DNA from: an uncultured Clostridia bacterium
GTDB lineage: Bacteria > Bacillota > Clostridia > Oscillospirales > Ruminococcaceae
Assembly (NCBI GenBank): GCA_947632025.1
Contig: CANRNN010000006.1
Location: forward strand, 72,030 to 136,029
Length of the DNA: 64,000 bases
Reading direction: 5' to 3'
Both the position numbers and the translations under genes were made by a program. Below are positions 19,810 to 29,569 of the stretch, one piece after another (position 1 is the first letter of the stretch; each line of letters starts with the position of its first letter). A model generated the notes under the pieces. That model was not told the DNA's origin. It saw only the letters and a list, made by a program, of their open reading frames with translations, and made no database searches.

Positions 19810-21315
19810 TTATTCTCCGGCGTGCTGGATCCCCAGAATTTCAAGCTCTTTGGGATTCAAGCCCACGCCGCGCAGCATTAGTCTGTTGCCTCTGAGAGCT
19901 TCGATGGAGTTTATTCCCATACCGCCCATCATTTCTTTTATCTCGTGATTCCACGCGGTAACGAGATTTACAAGCCGCTTGCTTGCGACTTCCGGATTAA
20001 GACGCTTTACAAGGTCGGCTCTCTGCGTTGCAATACCCCAGTTGCACTTGCCGGTGTTGCAGGAACGGCACAGATGGCAGCCCATGGACAGCAGTGCTGC
20101 CGTCGCTATATAGCAGGCGTCCGCGCCGAGAGCCACAGCCTTTACCACGTCCGCTGCCGAGCGGATAGAACCTCCGACAACGATTGAAACATCATTTCTG
20201 ATGCCCTCGTCACGGAGTCTTGAATCCACGCTTGCAAGCGCGAGTTCTATCGGGATACCAACGTTATCGCGAATTCTCGTCGGAGCGGCTCCTGTGCCGC
20301 CTCTGAAACCGTCGATAGCGATAATATCCGCGCCCGAACGCGCCACGCCCGACGCTATTGCCGCAACGTTATGCACTGCCGCGATTTTTACGATAACGGG
20401 CTTTTCCCAGTTTGTAGCTTCTTTCAGCGAGAATACCAGCTGCCGCAGATCCTCGATAGAATAAATATCGTGATGCGGAGCGGGAGAGATAGCGTCCGTG
20501 CCTTTAGGAATCATACGGGTCTTGGAGATCTCGTCATTTATCTTCATTCCCGGCAGATGACCGCCGATACCGGGCTTTGCGCCCTGACCCATTTTTATTT
20601 CGATAGCCGCGCCCGCGTCAAGGTATCCCTTGAACACTCCGAAACGTCCCGAAGCTACTTGACAAATCGTATTTTTGCCGTATTTGTAGAAATCCTCGTG
20701 CAAGCCGCCCTCTCCGGTATTGTAGTATGTACCCAGCTCTGTTGCGGCGCGCGCAAGGCTTTCGTGAGCGTTTTTGGAAATTGAACCGAACGACATCGCC
20801 GAGAACATTATCGGCACGTCAAGCTCCAGATACGGCGTTTTTTCGTAATGCGCCTTGCCGTTCTCGTCGTAAGATATTGCCTGCGACTTTTTGCCGAGGA
20901 AAGTTTTCGTTTCCATAGGCTCGCGAAGCGGGTCGATAGGCGGATTCGTGACCTGCGAGGCATTGAGGAGTATCTTGTCCCAGTAAACGGGATATTCTTT
21001 CGGAGTTCCCATAGCGGAAAGCAGAACGCCGCCGCTGTCCGCCTGTTTGTAAATTTCCGTCATTATCTGCTGATTCCAGTTTGCGTTGTCACGGAAACGA
21101 TTTTCGTTCGGGCGGATCTTCAAAGCGTTTACGGGGCATAAGCAAACGCACCTCTGGCAATCCACACAGGTCATTTCGTCGGAAACCATTCTGTCAAGCT
21201 CCGCGTCGTACTTGTGGACTTCGTTTGCGCACTGGCGCTCACACACACGGCATTTTATGCACTTGTCATGATCTCTCACGACCTCGAAAAGAGGATTCAT
21301 ATAATTGACAGGCAT
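19810..21315 (-). CDS. Glutamate synthase FMN-binding subunit with N-terminal 4Fe-4S domain (GltB2)
   Basis: CIKCRVCERQC, CVDCQRCVCLCP, AMSFGSIS, NTGEGG, EIKMGQGAKPGIGGHLPG, CHLCRSCNTGKCNWGIATQ. Confidence 0.95.
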   Translation of the reverse strand: MPVNYMNPLFEVVRDHDKCIKCRVCERQCANEVHKYDAELDRMVSDEMTCVDCQRCVCLCPVNALKIRPNENRFRDNANWNQQIMTEIYKQADSGGVLLSAMGTPKEYPVYWDKILLNASQVTNPPIDPLREPMETKTFLGKKSQAISYDENGKAHYEKTPYLELDVPIMFSAMSFGSISKNAHESLARAATELGTYYNTGEGGLHEDFYKYGKNTICQVASGRFGVFKGYLDAGAAIEIKMGQGAKPGIGGHLPGMKINDEISKTRMIPKGTDAISPAPHHDIYSIEDLRQLVFSLKEATNWEKPVIVKIAAVHNVAAIASGVARSGADIIAIDGFRGGTGAAPTRIRDNVGIPIELALASVDSRLRDEGIRNDVSIVVGGSIRSAADVVKAVALGADACYIATAALLSMGCHLCRSCNTGKCNWGIATQRADLVKRLNPEVASKRLVNLVTAWNHEIKEMMGGMGINSIEALRGNRLMLRGVGLNPKELEILGIQHAGE

Positions 21316-22428
21316 TTACTTGTTCCCCCTTTCAGCGCCTTTGTCAAGCGTTACAATAATAGGCTCTCCTCCGCGTGGGCTCCATATTTTATCCACGTCG
21401 GGGCACATTGTTCTTATGGAACATTCCTCCGAAGAGATATAGACCGTATCGCCCTTTTCGGCAGCTACCATAGAACGCAGTTTCAGACGGTCGTTCAGCG
21501 CCATAAGTCCGTTGTTGAATCCGAGGATTATCGAAAAAGGACCTGTTATGAGCAGGCTTGAATAAACGTTTCTGAAATGGCGGTATTTTTCGGTATCTTC
21601 TGGAGAGAATTTTCCGCTTTCAAGCTCGCTCCAGAACGGAGAAGCTATCACCTTTGCCACATCTTCGAGCGGCATATCCAGCCGCCTGTGGAGATAATCT
21701 ATAATATAGGTGATGACCTCCGTATCGGTAAGCAGATTGCACTTATATCCGAACATCTCGATAAAGCGTCTGTTCGCGTCATAAGACGATATCTCGCCGT
21801 TATGTACTATTGTGTAATCCAGCAGTGAGAACGGGTGAGCGCCGCCCCACCAGCCGGGCGTATTCGTCGGGTAACGTCCGTGGACAGTCCATGCCCAGCC
21901 GTCGTATTCCTCCAGACGGTAGAAATCGCCCACGTCCTCAGGGTAGCCGACCGCCTTGAAAACGCCCATGTTCTTGCCGCTTGAAAAAACATATGCGCCA
22001 TCTATTTTATCGTTTATTTTGATAACGCATTTTGCAACATAGGTGCGCTCGTCAAGCTGACTGTCCTGAAGTTTCGTAGGCAGAGGATTCACGAAATAAC
22101 GCCAGATAAGCGGCTCGTCAGTGATATTTGGATTTTTCCTGACGGGGATCCTTGACAAATTAACCACATCGAAATGTCTGTCAAGAAACGCCTCCGCTTT
22201 TACTCTTGCTTCTCCCGAATCGTAGAATACATGCAGCGCATACTGATCCTTATACTCCGGATAAATTCCGTATCCCGCATAGCCGCCGCCCAAGCCGTTT
22301 GAACGCTCGTGCATACACGCTATGGAATTTACGATCACGCTTCCGTTGGTACGCTTTCCGCTTCGGTTTATGAAGCCCGAAATCGCGCAGCCCGCAGGTA
22401 TCCTCGTTTCTCCCTCTCTTTGTAACAT
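21316..22428 (-). CDS. Glutamate synthase class-II glutamine amidotransferase subunit (GltB1)
   Basis: GCAISG N-terminal Cys, HERSNGLGGG, HGRYPTNTPGWWGGAHPF, VHNGEISSY, NDRLKLR; AGGAG RBS before ATG 22428. Confidence 0.93.
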   Translation of the reverse strand: MLQREGETRIPAGCAISGFINRSGKRTNGSVIVNSIACMHERSNGLGGGYAGYGIYPEYKDQYALHVFYDSGEARVKAEAFLDRHFDVVNLSRIPVRKNPNITDEPLIWRYFVNPLPTKLQDSQLDERTYVAKCVIKINDKIDGAYVFSSGKNMGVFKAVGYPEDVGDFYRLEEYDGWAWTVHGRYPTNTPGWWGGAHPFSLLDYTIVHNGEISSYDANRRFIEMFGYKCNLLTDTEVITYIIDYLHRRLDMPLEDVAKVIASPFWSELESGKFSPEDTEKYRHFRNVYSSLLITGPFSIILGFNNGLMALNDRLKLRSMVAAEKGDTVYISSEECSIRTMCPDVDKIWSPRGGEPIIVTLDKGAERGNK

Positions 22429-22604
22429 AAACTCACTCCTTATTATATAGCGGAAGCCTTTTTCGGTTTCCGCCCGTTTTCGGGAACGCAGTATTTTGTT
22501 TTCCCGAATTTCACAAATGTAAAAAAATGTAACTGTGAAATTTTTGCCGCCGAGGGTAATTTCAGGCAGAATAATCCCTAAATCACCTATGTCCGACAAT
22601 TCAT

Positions 22605-22633
22605 ATTATATCACCCTTTACGGAATTTGTCAA
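22605..22633 (-). promoter_or_regulatory. SigA promoter of the glt operon, giving a ~170-nt leader
   Basis: Minus strand TTGACA(22633-22628)-17-TATAAT(22610-22605). Confidence 0.8.
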
Positions 22634-22940
22634 GCGTTTTTGCAAGAATTTTTTTGGAAACTTTCATTTTTGAAGAATCGTATATCCGAATCGTCCATAA
22701 ATTCAACCGTAAAATCACCCCCGAAAACCAACTTCTGCACTCAAAACCGAATTTTCGTAATTTTTGCAAGAATTAAACATTTTGAAATGCAAAAATTTTG
22801 TGAAAATTCACAAAATAGAATTCGGAAATAATTTTGAATATCTACTTGAAAAATATTATGAAATGGGATATAATATTAAATGTATAGCTTTTTTATGAAT
22901 TTTTTACGGCAAAAATAATTCAAAAGAAAGGAAAATTGCT

Positions 22941-23225
22941 ATGGCTGTTGAACTTGATACTATCAAGCACCTCTGTGAGCTTTCAAAGCTCAACTACGAC
23001 GAGGACGGACTTAAAAAAGTAATGGGCGAGATGAGCGACATCATCGACCTTATGGACGAGATAAAGAGCTTCGACCTCGAATACGATGATACAAAAGACG
23101 GGTGCGAAATACGCTTTTGCGATACCCGCGAGGATATCGCCGAGGAGAGCGCTCCCACCGATAAGCTGCTCTCGAATACCGAACCGAGCAACAACTGCTA
23201 CGTTGTTCCGAAGGTCGTAGAATAA
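22941..23225 (+). CDS. gatC: Asp/Glu-tRNA amidotransferase subunit C
   Basis: 94 aa ending in YVVPKVVE, upstream of gatA. Confidence 0.9.
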   Translation: MAVELDTIKHLCELSKLNYDEDGLKKVMGEMSDIIDLMDEIKSFDLEYDDTKDGCEIRFCDTREDIAEESAPTDKLLSNTEPSNNCYVVPKVVE

Positions 23226-23242
23226 CGGAGGTCTGACAGAAT

Positions 23243-24691
23243 ATGGACATTACAAGAGCTAAAATCCGGGATCTGCGCCGTTCTCTGGACAGCAGGGAGA
23301 TCGGCGCGGAGGAGCTTTGCGCCGAATATCTCAAGCGAATAAAAGAAAAAGACAAAAAGGTGCTGTCGTTTATTACCGTAACGGAGAATGAAGCCCTGCA
23401 ATCCGCAAAACGCGCTCAGAAGATGATAGACGAGGGAAAATCCTCGGCGCTTACGGGAATCCCGCTAGCGATAAAGGACAACATCTGCATTGACGGCGTT
23501 CGCACGACGTGCGCAAGCCGTATGCTTGAAAATTTCGTTCCGCCGTACAACGCTACGGTCATCGAAAAACTGAACGCCGAGGGATACGTTCTGCTCGGAC
23601 GGGCTTCTATGGACGAGTTCGCTATGGGCGGCTCGACGCAGACCTCCGCGTTCGCGAAAACGAAAAATCCGTATGACCTCGAATGTGTTCCGGGCGGCTC
23701 TTCGGGCGGTTCGGCGGCGGCTGTGGCAGCGTCATTCGCACCGGCGGCTCTCGGCTCGGACACGGGCGGGTCTATTCGCCAGCCGTCGTCGTTTTGCGGC
23801 GTTACGGGAATAAAGCCCACCTACGGACGCGTTTCACGTTACGGACTGGTGGCGTTTGCAAGCTCGCTTGACCAGATAGGTCCTATCGCGAACGACGCTT
23901 ACGACTGCGCCGTTTTGCTGAACGTTATCTGCGGACATGACCGCCGTGACGCGACTTCCGCAAGGCGCGATGTTCCCGATTTCACCGAAAAACTCGGCGA
24001 ACCGATAAAGGGCTTGAAGATCGCCATGCCCAAAGAGTTTTTCTCGGACGATATTGACCCTGTTGTCAGAACACACGTTACCAATGCTGCAAAGGAGCTT
24101 GAAAAGCGCGGAGCGGTGCTGGTTGACTGCTCGATTCCGGGGCTGAAATACGCTATCCCCGCGTACTATCTTATCGCGTGCGCCGAGGCGGCTTCAAACC
24201 TCTCGCGTTTTGACGGAATAAAATACGGTTTCCGCGGCGAGGGCAGGACATATGACGAGCTTATTCGCGACAGCCGTTCACGCGGATTCGGCGAGGAAGT
24301 AAAGCGCCGTATCCTTCTCGGAAACTATGCGCTTTCAAGCGGATATTATGACGCTTATTACAAGAAAGCTCTCGCTTTGAAACAAGAGATAATCAAAGAA
24401 TACAACGATATTTTCGATATTGCCGACGTTATCTTAACGCCTACTGCACCTACGCCCGCCTACAAAATAGGCGCGCAGGACAACGACCCCGTTAAGATGT
24501 ATATGGCGGATATCTGCACGGTAACAGTGAATATCGCGGGACTTCCCGGAATTTCCACCACCTGCGGATATACCGACGGGGGACTTCCGATCGGAATGTC
24601 GATAATCGGACGGCGTTTTGACGAGCAGACTATCCTTCAGGTCGCAAACGAATGGGAAACCGGATTTGTTCCGCTTTCTCCCGAACTTTAA
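23243..24691 (+). CDS. gatA: Asp/Glu-tRNA amidotransferase subunit A
   Basis: AIKDNI, GGSSGGSAAAV, GSDTGGSIRQP amidase signature. Confidence 0.98.
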   Translation: MDITRAKIRDLRRSLDSREIGAEELCAEYLKRIKEKDKKVLSFITVTENEALQSAKRAQKMIDEGKSSALTGIPLAIKDNICIDGVRTTCASRMLENFVPPYNATVIEKLNAEGYVLLGRASMDEFAMGGSTQTSAFAKTKNPYDLECVPGGSSGGSAAAVAASFAPAALGSDTGGSIRQPSSFCGVTGIKPTYGRVSRYGLVAFASSLDQIGPIANDAYDCAVLLNVICGHDRRDATSARRDVPDFTEKLGEPIKGLKIAMPKEFFSDDIDPVVRTHVTNAAKELEKRGAVLVDCSIPGLKYAIPAYYLIACAEAASNLSRFDGIKYGFRGEGRTYDELIRDSRSRGFGEEVKRRILLGNYALSSGYYDAYYKKALALKQEIIKEYNDIFDIADVILTPTAPTPAYKIGAQDNDPVKMYMADICTVTVNIAGLPGISTTCGYTDGGLPIGMSIIGRRFDEQTILQVANEWETGFVPLSPEL

Positions 24692-24703
24692 GGGGGTGTA
24701 CTG

Positions 24704-26137
24704 ATGAGTGCTTATTTTCCCACTATGGGTCTTGAGATACACGCGGAGCTTCTTACGAAATCAAAGGTTTTCTGCACCTGCTCGGCTGAATTCGGAGGAG
24801 CGCCGAACTCCCGCTGCTGTCCTGTGTGCAGCGGATTTCCCGGAACGCTTCCCGTACTCAATCACAAGGCTGTCGAGTACATCATTAAGGCGGGCTATGT
24901 GATGAACTGCGAGATCTCGCGCTTTACAAAATGGGACAGAAAAAACTACTTCTACCCCGATCTTCCTAAAGCGTATCAGATCTCCCAGATGCCGCGCCCC
25001 GTCTGCCTTTCGGGAAACGTTAAGATAAACGTTGACGGCGAGGAAAAAACTATCCGCATAAACCGAATTCACCTCGAAGAGGACGCGGGAAAGCTGGTTC
25101 ACGACGACGTGAACAGAATTTCCCTTGCGGATTACAACCGCTGCGGTATACCGCTTATCGAGATAGTCACCGAGCCGGATTTTCATTCCGCGGACGAGGT
25201 TATAGCTTTCCTTGAAAAGATAAAGCTGCTCTTGCAGTATGCGGGAATTTGCGACTGCAAAATGGAACAGGGCTCTATTCGCTGCGATGTGAATATTTCG
25301 ATAGCTCCAAAAGGTTCGACAGAACTGGGGACGAGAACAGAGCTTAAAAACCTGAACTCCCTTAAGGCGATAACTCGCGCTATAGAAGCGGAGATAGAGC
25401 GTCAGGAAGAACTTCTCGAAAGCGGCGAGCGCGTTATTCAGGAAACGCGCCGTTTCAACGAGCAGGCAGGCGAAACCGTCGCCATGCGCTCGAAAGAGGA
25501 CGCTCACGATTACCGCTATTTCCCCGACCCCGATATCCCGCCGATTATTTTCACCGAGGAAGAACTTGAAGAGATAAGAAATTCTATCCCCGAACTTCCC
25601 GAACAGAGAATAGAGCGCTATGTGTCGGAATACTCCATCAAGAAAACCGACGCTGACATTATCGTCGGAGATAAGAGAGTGTGTGATTTCTTTGAGGAGG
25701 CGGTTTCGGAGTACAATAATCCCAAAGCCGTCGCGAATTATATAATCGGTGAGCTTATGCGCCGGATAAACCTCGGCGAAGCGGATATGGACGCGCTGAA
25801 ATTCGGCGGCAGGGAATTTGCAAAGCTTGTGGAATATATGCAGACCGACAAAATTTCTCAGGCAAACGCAAAAAATATCCTGCGTGAGATGATAGAAAAC
25901 GGCGGCGACCCGAAGTCCATTGCCGACAGAGATGATCTGTGGATAAAAGAGGACAGCGGCGCGCTTGCGGCGGTGGTGGACGAGATAATCGCGAATAATC
26001 CCAAAGCCGTCGAACAGTACAAGAGCGGCGACCAGAAGGTGTTCGGATTCTTTATGGGACAGGCGAACAAGGCTCTCAAGGGCGCGGCTTCGCCAAAGGC
26101 TGTTCAGGATTATCTGAGAAAGAAGCTATCGGAATAA
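24704..26137 (+). CDS. gatB: Asp/Glu-tRNA amidotransferase subunit B
   Basis: GLEIHAEL, KNYFYPDLPKAYQISQ, HLEEDAGK, YRYFPDPD. Confidence 0.98.
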   Translation: MSAYFPTMGLEIHAELLTKSKVFCTCSAEFGGAPNSRCCPVCSGFPGTLPVLNHKAVEYIIKAGYVMNCEISRFTKWDRKNYFYPDLPKAYQISQMPRPVCLSGNVKINVDGEEKTIRINRIHLEEDAGKLVHDDVNRISLADYNRCGIPLIEIVTEPDFHSADEVIAFLEKIKLLLQYAGICDCKMEQGSIRCDVNISIAPKGSTELGTRTELKNLNSLKAITRAIEAEIERQEELLESGERVIQETRRFNEQAGETVAMRSKEDAHDYRYFPDPDIPPIIFTEEELEEIRNSIPELPEQRIERYVSEYSIKKTDADIIVGDKRVCDFFEEAVSEYNNPKAVANYIIGELMRRINLGEADMDALKFGGREFAKLVEYMQTDKISQANAKNILREMIENGGDPKSIADRDDLWIKEDSGALAAVVDEIIANNPKAVEQYKSGDQKVFGFFMGQANKALKGAASPKAVQDYLRKKLSE

Positions 26138-26199
26138 GATTTTAAGCCCGATAAAATATATTGTTTGTCGCGCTTTTCCGCAGGTCAGCTGAATAAAAT

Positions 26200-26228
26200 A
26201 AGGGACACTTCGGTGTCCCTTTTGTTTT
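26200..26228 (+). terminator. Intrinsic terminator after gatB
   Basis: AAGGGACAC-ttcg-GTGTCCCTTTT. Confidence 0.85.
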
Positions 26229-26302
26229 TGCGGTAAAATGCTTGACAAACTATGCTTGTTGTGATATACTTATATTGAATACTGATTGAATGAGGTGGTA
26301 TT

Positions 26303-27781
26303 TTGAAAGTCAACTGGAACAGAAAATACACAACTATCGCCGTCTATGCGCTGCTTGTTATCGCACTGGCTGCTTTGTTCGTGATTTTCTTGTGGAGATT
26401 CGACAGCATCACCAAAGGCTTTTCATGGGTAGGAAGCGTCGCGTCGCCTGTAATTTGCGGCGTAGTTATCGCGTATATCCTCAATCCACTGATGATGTAT
26501 TTTGAAAACAGAATTTTCAGGAAGCTGAAGTATTCCGAGCCGCCCGAAGAAAACCTTGTAATGAGAAAGCTGCATAATTCGTCGGTAGGAGATTCCACGG
26601 TCGTGAAAACTCTCGAAAAACACTCAACGCCCATGGAGAAAAAAATTCGCCGAAGAAAATCCGCTGCAAGGATCCTTTCATTGTCGCTGACGTTTATCGT
26701 GGTGTTCGCGGTGCTGGCGGGAGTTATAATCGCGGTCGTGCCGTCAGTCGCGAATTCTTTGGTCGACCTCACGAAAAGAATGCCCGCCTATCTTAATCAG
26801 TTCGAGGATTGGGCTGAAAAAATATTTGAAGATAATCCGCAGATACTACAGTATATTTCCGCCGAGGTTACGTCGTTTGCCGATATGATAAGCAAACTGG
26901 CAGAGTCGCTGCGCCCCATGGCGGGAGATATTCTGGGCGGAGTTTCAAGCGAGGTATTTAAATTCGTCGGAAACCTTATCGTAGTACTGAAAAACGTTAT
27001 AATCGGCTTTATTATAGCTATCTACCTGCTTTACAGCAAGGAAAGACTGCTGGCGCAGGCAAAGAAGATCCTTATAGCATTCCTTAAAAAAGAACGCTGC
27101 GTAAGGCTGTTTTCCGGATTTGAAAAAAGCAACGATATCTTCAAGAAATATATAATTTCAAATCTCCTTGACGCAATGATAATTTTCGTTTTTATGCTGA
27201 TAGGAATGTTCGCTATGGGAATGCCGTATCAGACGCTTATCGCCGTGGTATGCGGAATAACGAATCTTATACCGTTCTTCGGACCGTTTATCGGGGCTAT
27301 CCCGTGCGGAGTGCTGATACTTCTTGACGACCCCGTCAAGGTCATTTGGTTCGGCATTTTCGTGCTTGTTTTGCAGCAGATCGACGGCAACATCATAAAG
27401 CCTTTCCTCTTCGGCGAAACTATGGGACTTCCCGCTATCTGGGTGCTTATTTCCATCGTCGTGGGCGGAGGATTTTTCGGTATTCCGGGAATGCTGCTCG
27501 GAGCGCCTGTGTTCGCGGTGTTCTATCTGCTGTTCGCGGAATTTGTTTCGGGAAAGCTCCGCGCAAAGAACCTTCCGGGAGAAACAGAGGCGTATGTGGG
27601 AACATTTGAAGAGTTTTCAAACGATTATTTCGTCGACCCTCCCGAAGAGTATATGCCATCGCAGCAGACGCAGGAAAAAAATTCCCCCGCACCTCCCGAA
27701 AGAAACGCTTCTTCCGTGAGAGCCGATCCTCCGAAGCCCGCCGCGAAGCCGCAGATAAAGAAACGTTACCACAAAAAATAG
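26303..27781 (+). CDS. AI-2E family transporter
   Basis: TNLIPFFGPFIGA, QQIDGNIIKPFLFGETMGLP, GIPGMLLGAP. Confidence 0.92.
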   Translation: MKVNWNRKYTTIAVYALLVIALAALFVIFLWRFDSITKGFSWVGSVASPVICGVVIAYILNPLMMYFENRIFRKLKYSEPPEENLVMRKLHNSSVGDSTVVKTLEKHSTPMEKKIRRRKSAARILSLSLTFIVVFAVLAGVIIAVVPSVANSLVDLTKRMPAYLNQFEDWAEKIFEDNPQILQYISAEVTSFADMISKLAESLRPMAGDILGGVSSEVFKFVGNLIVVLKNVIIGFIIAIYLLYSKERLLAQAKKILIAFLKKERCVRLFSGFEKSNDIFKKYIISNLLDAMIIFVFMLIGMFAMGMPYQTLIAVVCGITNLIPFFGPFIGAIPCGVLILLDDPVKVIWFGIFVLVLQQIDGNIIKPFLFGETMGLPAIWVLISIVVGGGFFGIPGMLLGAPVFAVFYLLFAEFVSGKLRAKNLPGETEAYVGTFEEFSNDYFVDPPEEYMPSQQTQEKNSPAPPERNASSVRADPPKPAAKPQIKKRYHKK

Positions 27782-27813
27782 ATCATAAAAGCTCCCTTTC
27801 GGGAGCTTTTATT

Positions 27814-28704
27814 TTATTCTTCCGCAAAGGAGACAGAAATGCCGAGGCGGGTGTTTTCATATTTCGCGGAGATCTTTCCGCCCATTCGCTCGACGAGATT
27901 TTTTGCTATGGAAAGCCCCAGACCTGTGGAATTTCCCGCTGTCCTGACTGTAAAAAACCTGTCGAATAATTTTGATATCTGAACGCTGCTCAATTCTTCG
28001 GCGGAATTTGAGAAAACAATTTCGCCTGTTTCAAGCAGCTCGACCGTCAGATCGCCGCCGCTGTAATTTGCAGCGTTTGAAAGAATATTTCCGAAAACGC
28101 GCAGCAGAGCCGTTTTGTTTACATTTCGGAATATTTTTTCGTTGGGGATCTTTATTTCGGGCGTGATGCCTTTGCGTGAAAATTCCGTATAAAGACCCGC
28201 GAGAGATTCTTCCAATATCTCGTTCAGACAGCGGCTTTCAAGTTCCATAGGCTCGTTTTCGGAAATTATCACAAAATAGCGGAAAAGCTCTTCCGTAAGC
28301 GCCTTTAACACTTCGGTGCGGTTTTGTATAGCTGAAAAATAACGTGAAACATTTTCGGTTTTCTCCTCGTTTTCCAGAAGTTCCAGATACCCGCAGATCG
28401 CCGTGAGCGGCGTGCGAAGGTCGTGGCAGATATTTGTTGCCGCGTCTTTAAGCTCCCTGTCGCCGCGCTCGTATTTAAGGCGCTGTTTTCGGAGTATTTC
28501 AAGCTGCTTGTTGATGTCGTTCGCCAGAAGGCGGATATATTTGTCGCCCGACGAAACGGTGACAAGCAAATTGGTGTCGCTGTCAAGGCTTGCCGCAAAC
28601 CCCGTGCGGATCTCGTCAAGACTTTTTTTCATAACCAGAATTTTCAGAAGCAATATTACCGAGATCACTCCGAATATCCCGCACAAAGCCCACGGCAAAA
28701 CCAT
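27814..28704 (-). CDS. Sensor histidine kinase (single N-terminal TM)
   Basis: ICHDLRTPLT H-box, NILSNAANY N-box, STGLGLSIAK G2 box. Confidence 0.95.
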   Translation of the reverse strand: MVLPWALCGIFGVISVILLLKILVMKKSLDEIRTGFAASLDSDTNLLVTVSSGDKYIRLLANDINKQLEILRKQRLKYERGDRELKDAATNICHDLRTPLTAICGYLELLENEEKTENVSRYFSAIQNRTEVLKALTEELFRYFVIISENEPMELESRCLNEILEESLAGLYTEFSRKGITPEIKIPNEKIFRNVNKTALLRVFGNILSNAANYSGGDLTVELLETGEIVFSNSAEELSSVQISKLFDRFFTVRTAGNSTGLGLSIAKNLVERMGGKISAKYENTRLGISVSFAEE

Positions 28705-28714
28705 TTTTTCACCT

Positions 28715-29569
28715 CTATCTTATATCTTTTTTACGGAAAATACAGACCCCCAACGCCGTTATCGCGGCAGTCACCAAAGCCGAAACCACAATATCGGGCA
28801 GATAAAATCCAACAGAGAGCCCTATATTATTTAAGACATCTTCAATGCTGTTTTCGCTCTGCATAAATAACATTTGACACGTCGGGAGAACCTTTGACAG
28901 AATGCCGCAGAGAATGAACTTTCCTTTTGCGCTGTCGGCGATCATGAAAGAATCATTTTCACCGGGAACAAAATCGTCCGGATTGATGTTTTCAAATTCC
29001 CCTAAGATGCAGTATCCCGCGATAGTAAGTCCTATCCAGATGACAAGCGACAATGCGACAGTGACCGTCCGGTTCGATATCAACATTCCGATAAAGACGT
29101 AAACAGCGCAGAATACCGCCGTAAATCCGAGCGCCGTCAGAAATTTTACGAGAATATCCCAAAAACCCATATCTAAGATTCCCGAATAGATCATTCCGAA
29201 AATTATTCCGATAAACCATAAAACGATTGTCGCCGCTCCTCCCGCAAAGCAGGTGAAAAGATTCGCAAGGTATATATTCCTCCGCGAGTGACCGATAATT
29301 ATTTTGTTGCGTATAGTGCCGCATGAATAATCCGTGCCGAGAAATGTTCCGGAAAAAAGCGCCGCAAAGCCGCCTAAAACGGGAGCCAATATGAACGCCC
29401 TTTCTTCGCCGAAGCCTGCCTGATAATATCCGTTTTCAATTGCTTCTCTTACATAATTCGCATAGTCAAACGCCATTACGACCGACAGCACGAACATTGC
29501 CGCAGCGCACAGCCAAAATGTTTTCGAGCGGAAAAGCCGCGACAGATCCGCCCTTAAAAGTTTAATCAT
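28715..29569 (-). CDS. ABC-2 type transporter permease
   Basis: DYSCGTIRNKIIIGHSR, six TM; start MIKLLRAD at 29569. Confidence 0.9.
   Translation of the reverse strand: MIKLLRADLSRLFRSKTFWLCAAAMFVLSVVMAFDYANYVREAIENGYYQAGFGEERAFILAPVLGGFAALFSGTFLGTDYSCGTIRNKIIIGHSRRNIYLANLFTCFAGGAATIVLWFIGIIFGMIYSGILDMGFWDILVKFLTALGFTAVFCAVYVFIGMLISNRTVTVALSLVIWIGLTIAGYCILGEFENINPDDFVPGENDSFMIADSAKGKFILCGILSKVLPTCQMLFMQSENSIEDVLNNIGLSVGFYLPDIVVSALVTAAITALGVCIFRKKDIR

Noticed and set aside
22429-22599. 57-codon in-frame N-terminal extension of GltB1
   Set aside because: It starts at the predicted transcription start with no RBS. A strong AGGAG precedes ATG 22428, and the catalytic Cys should be near the N-terminus.
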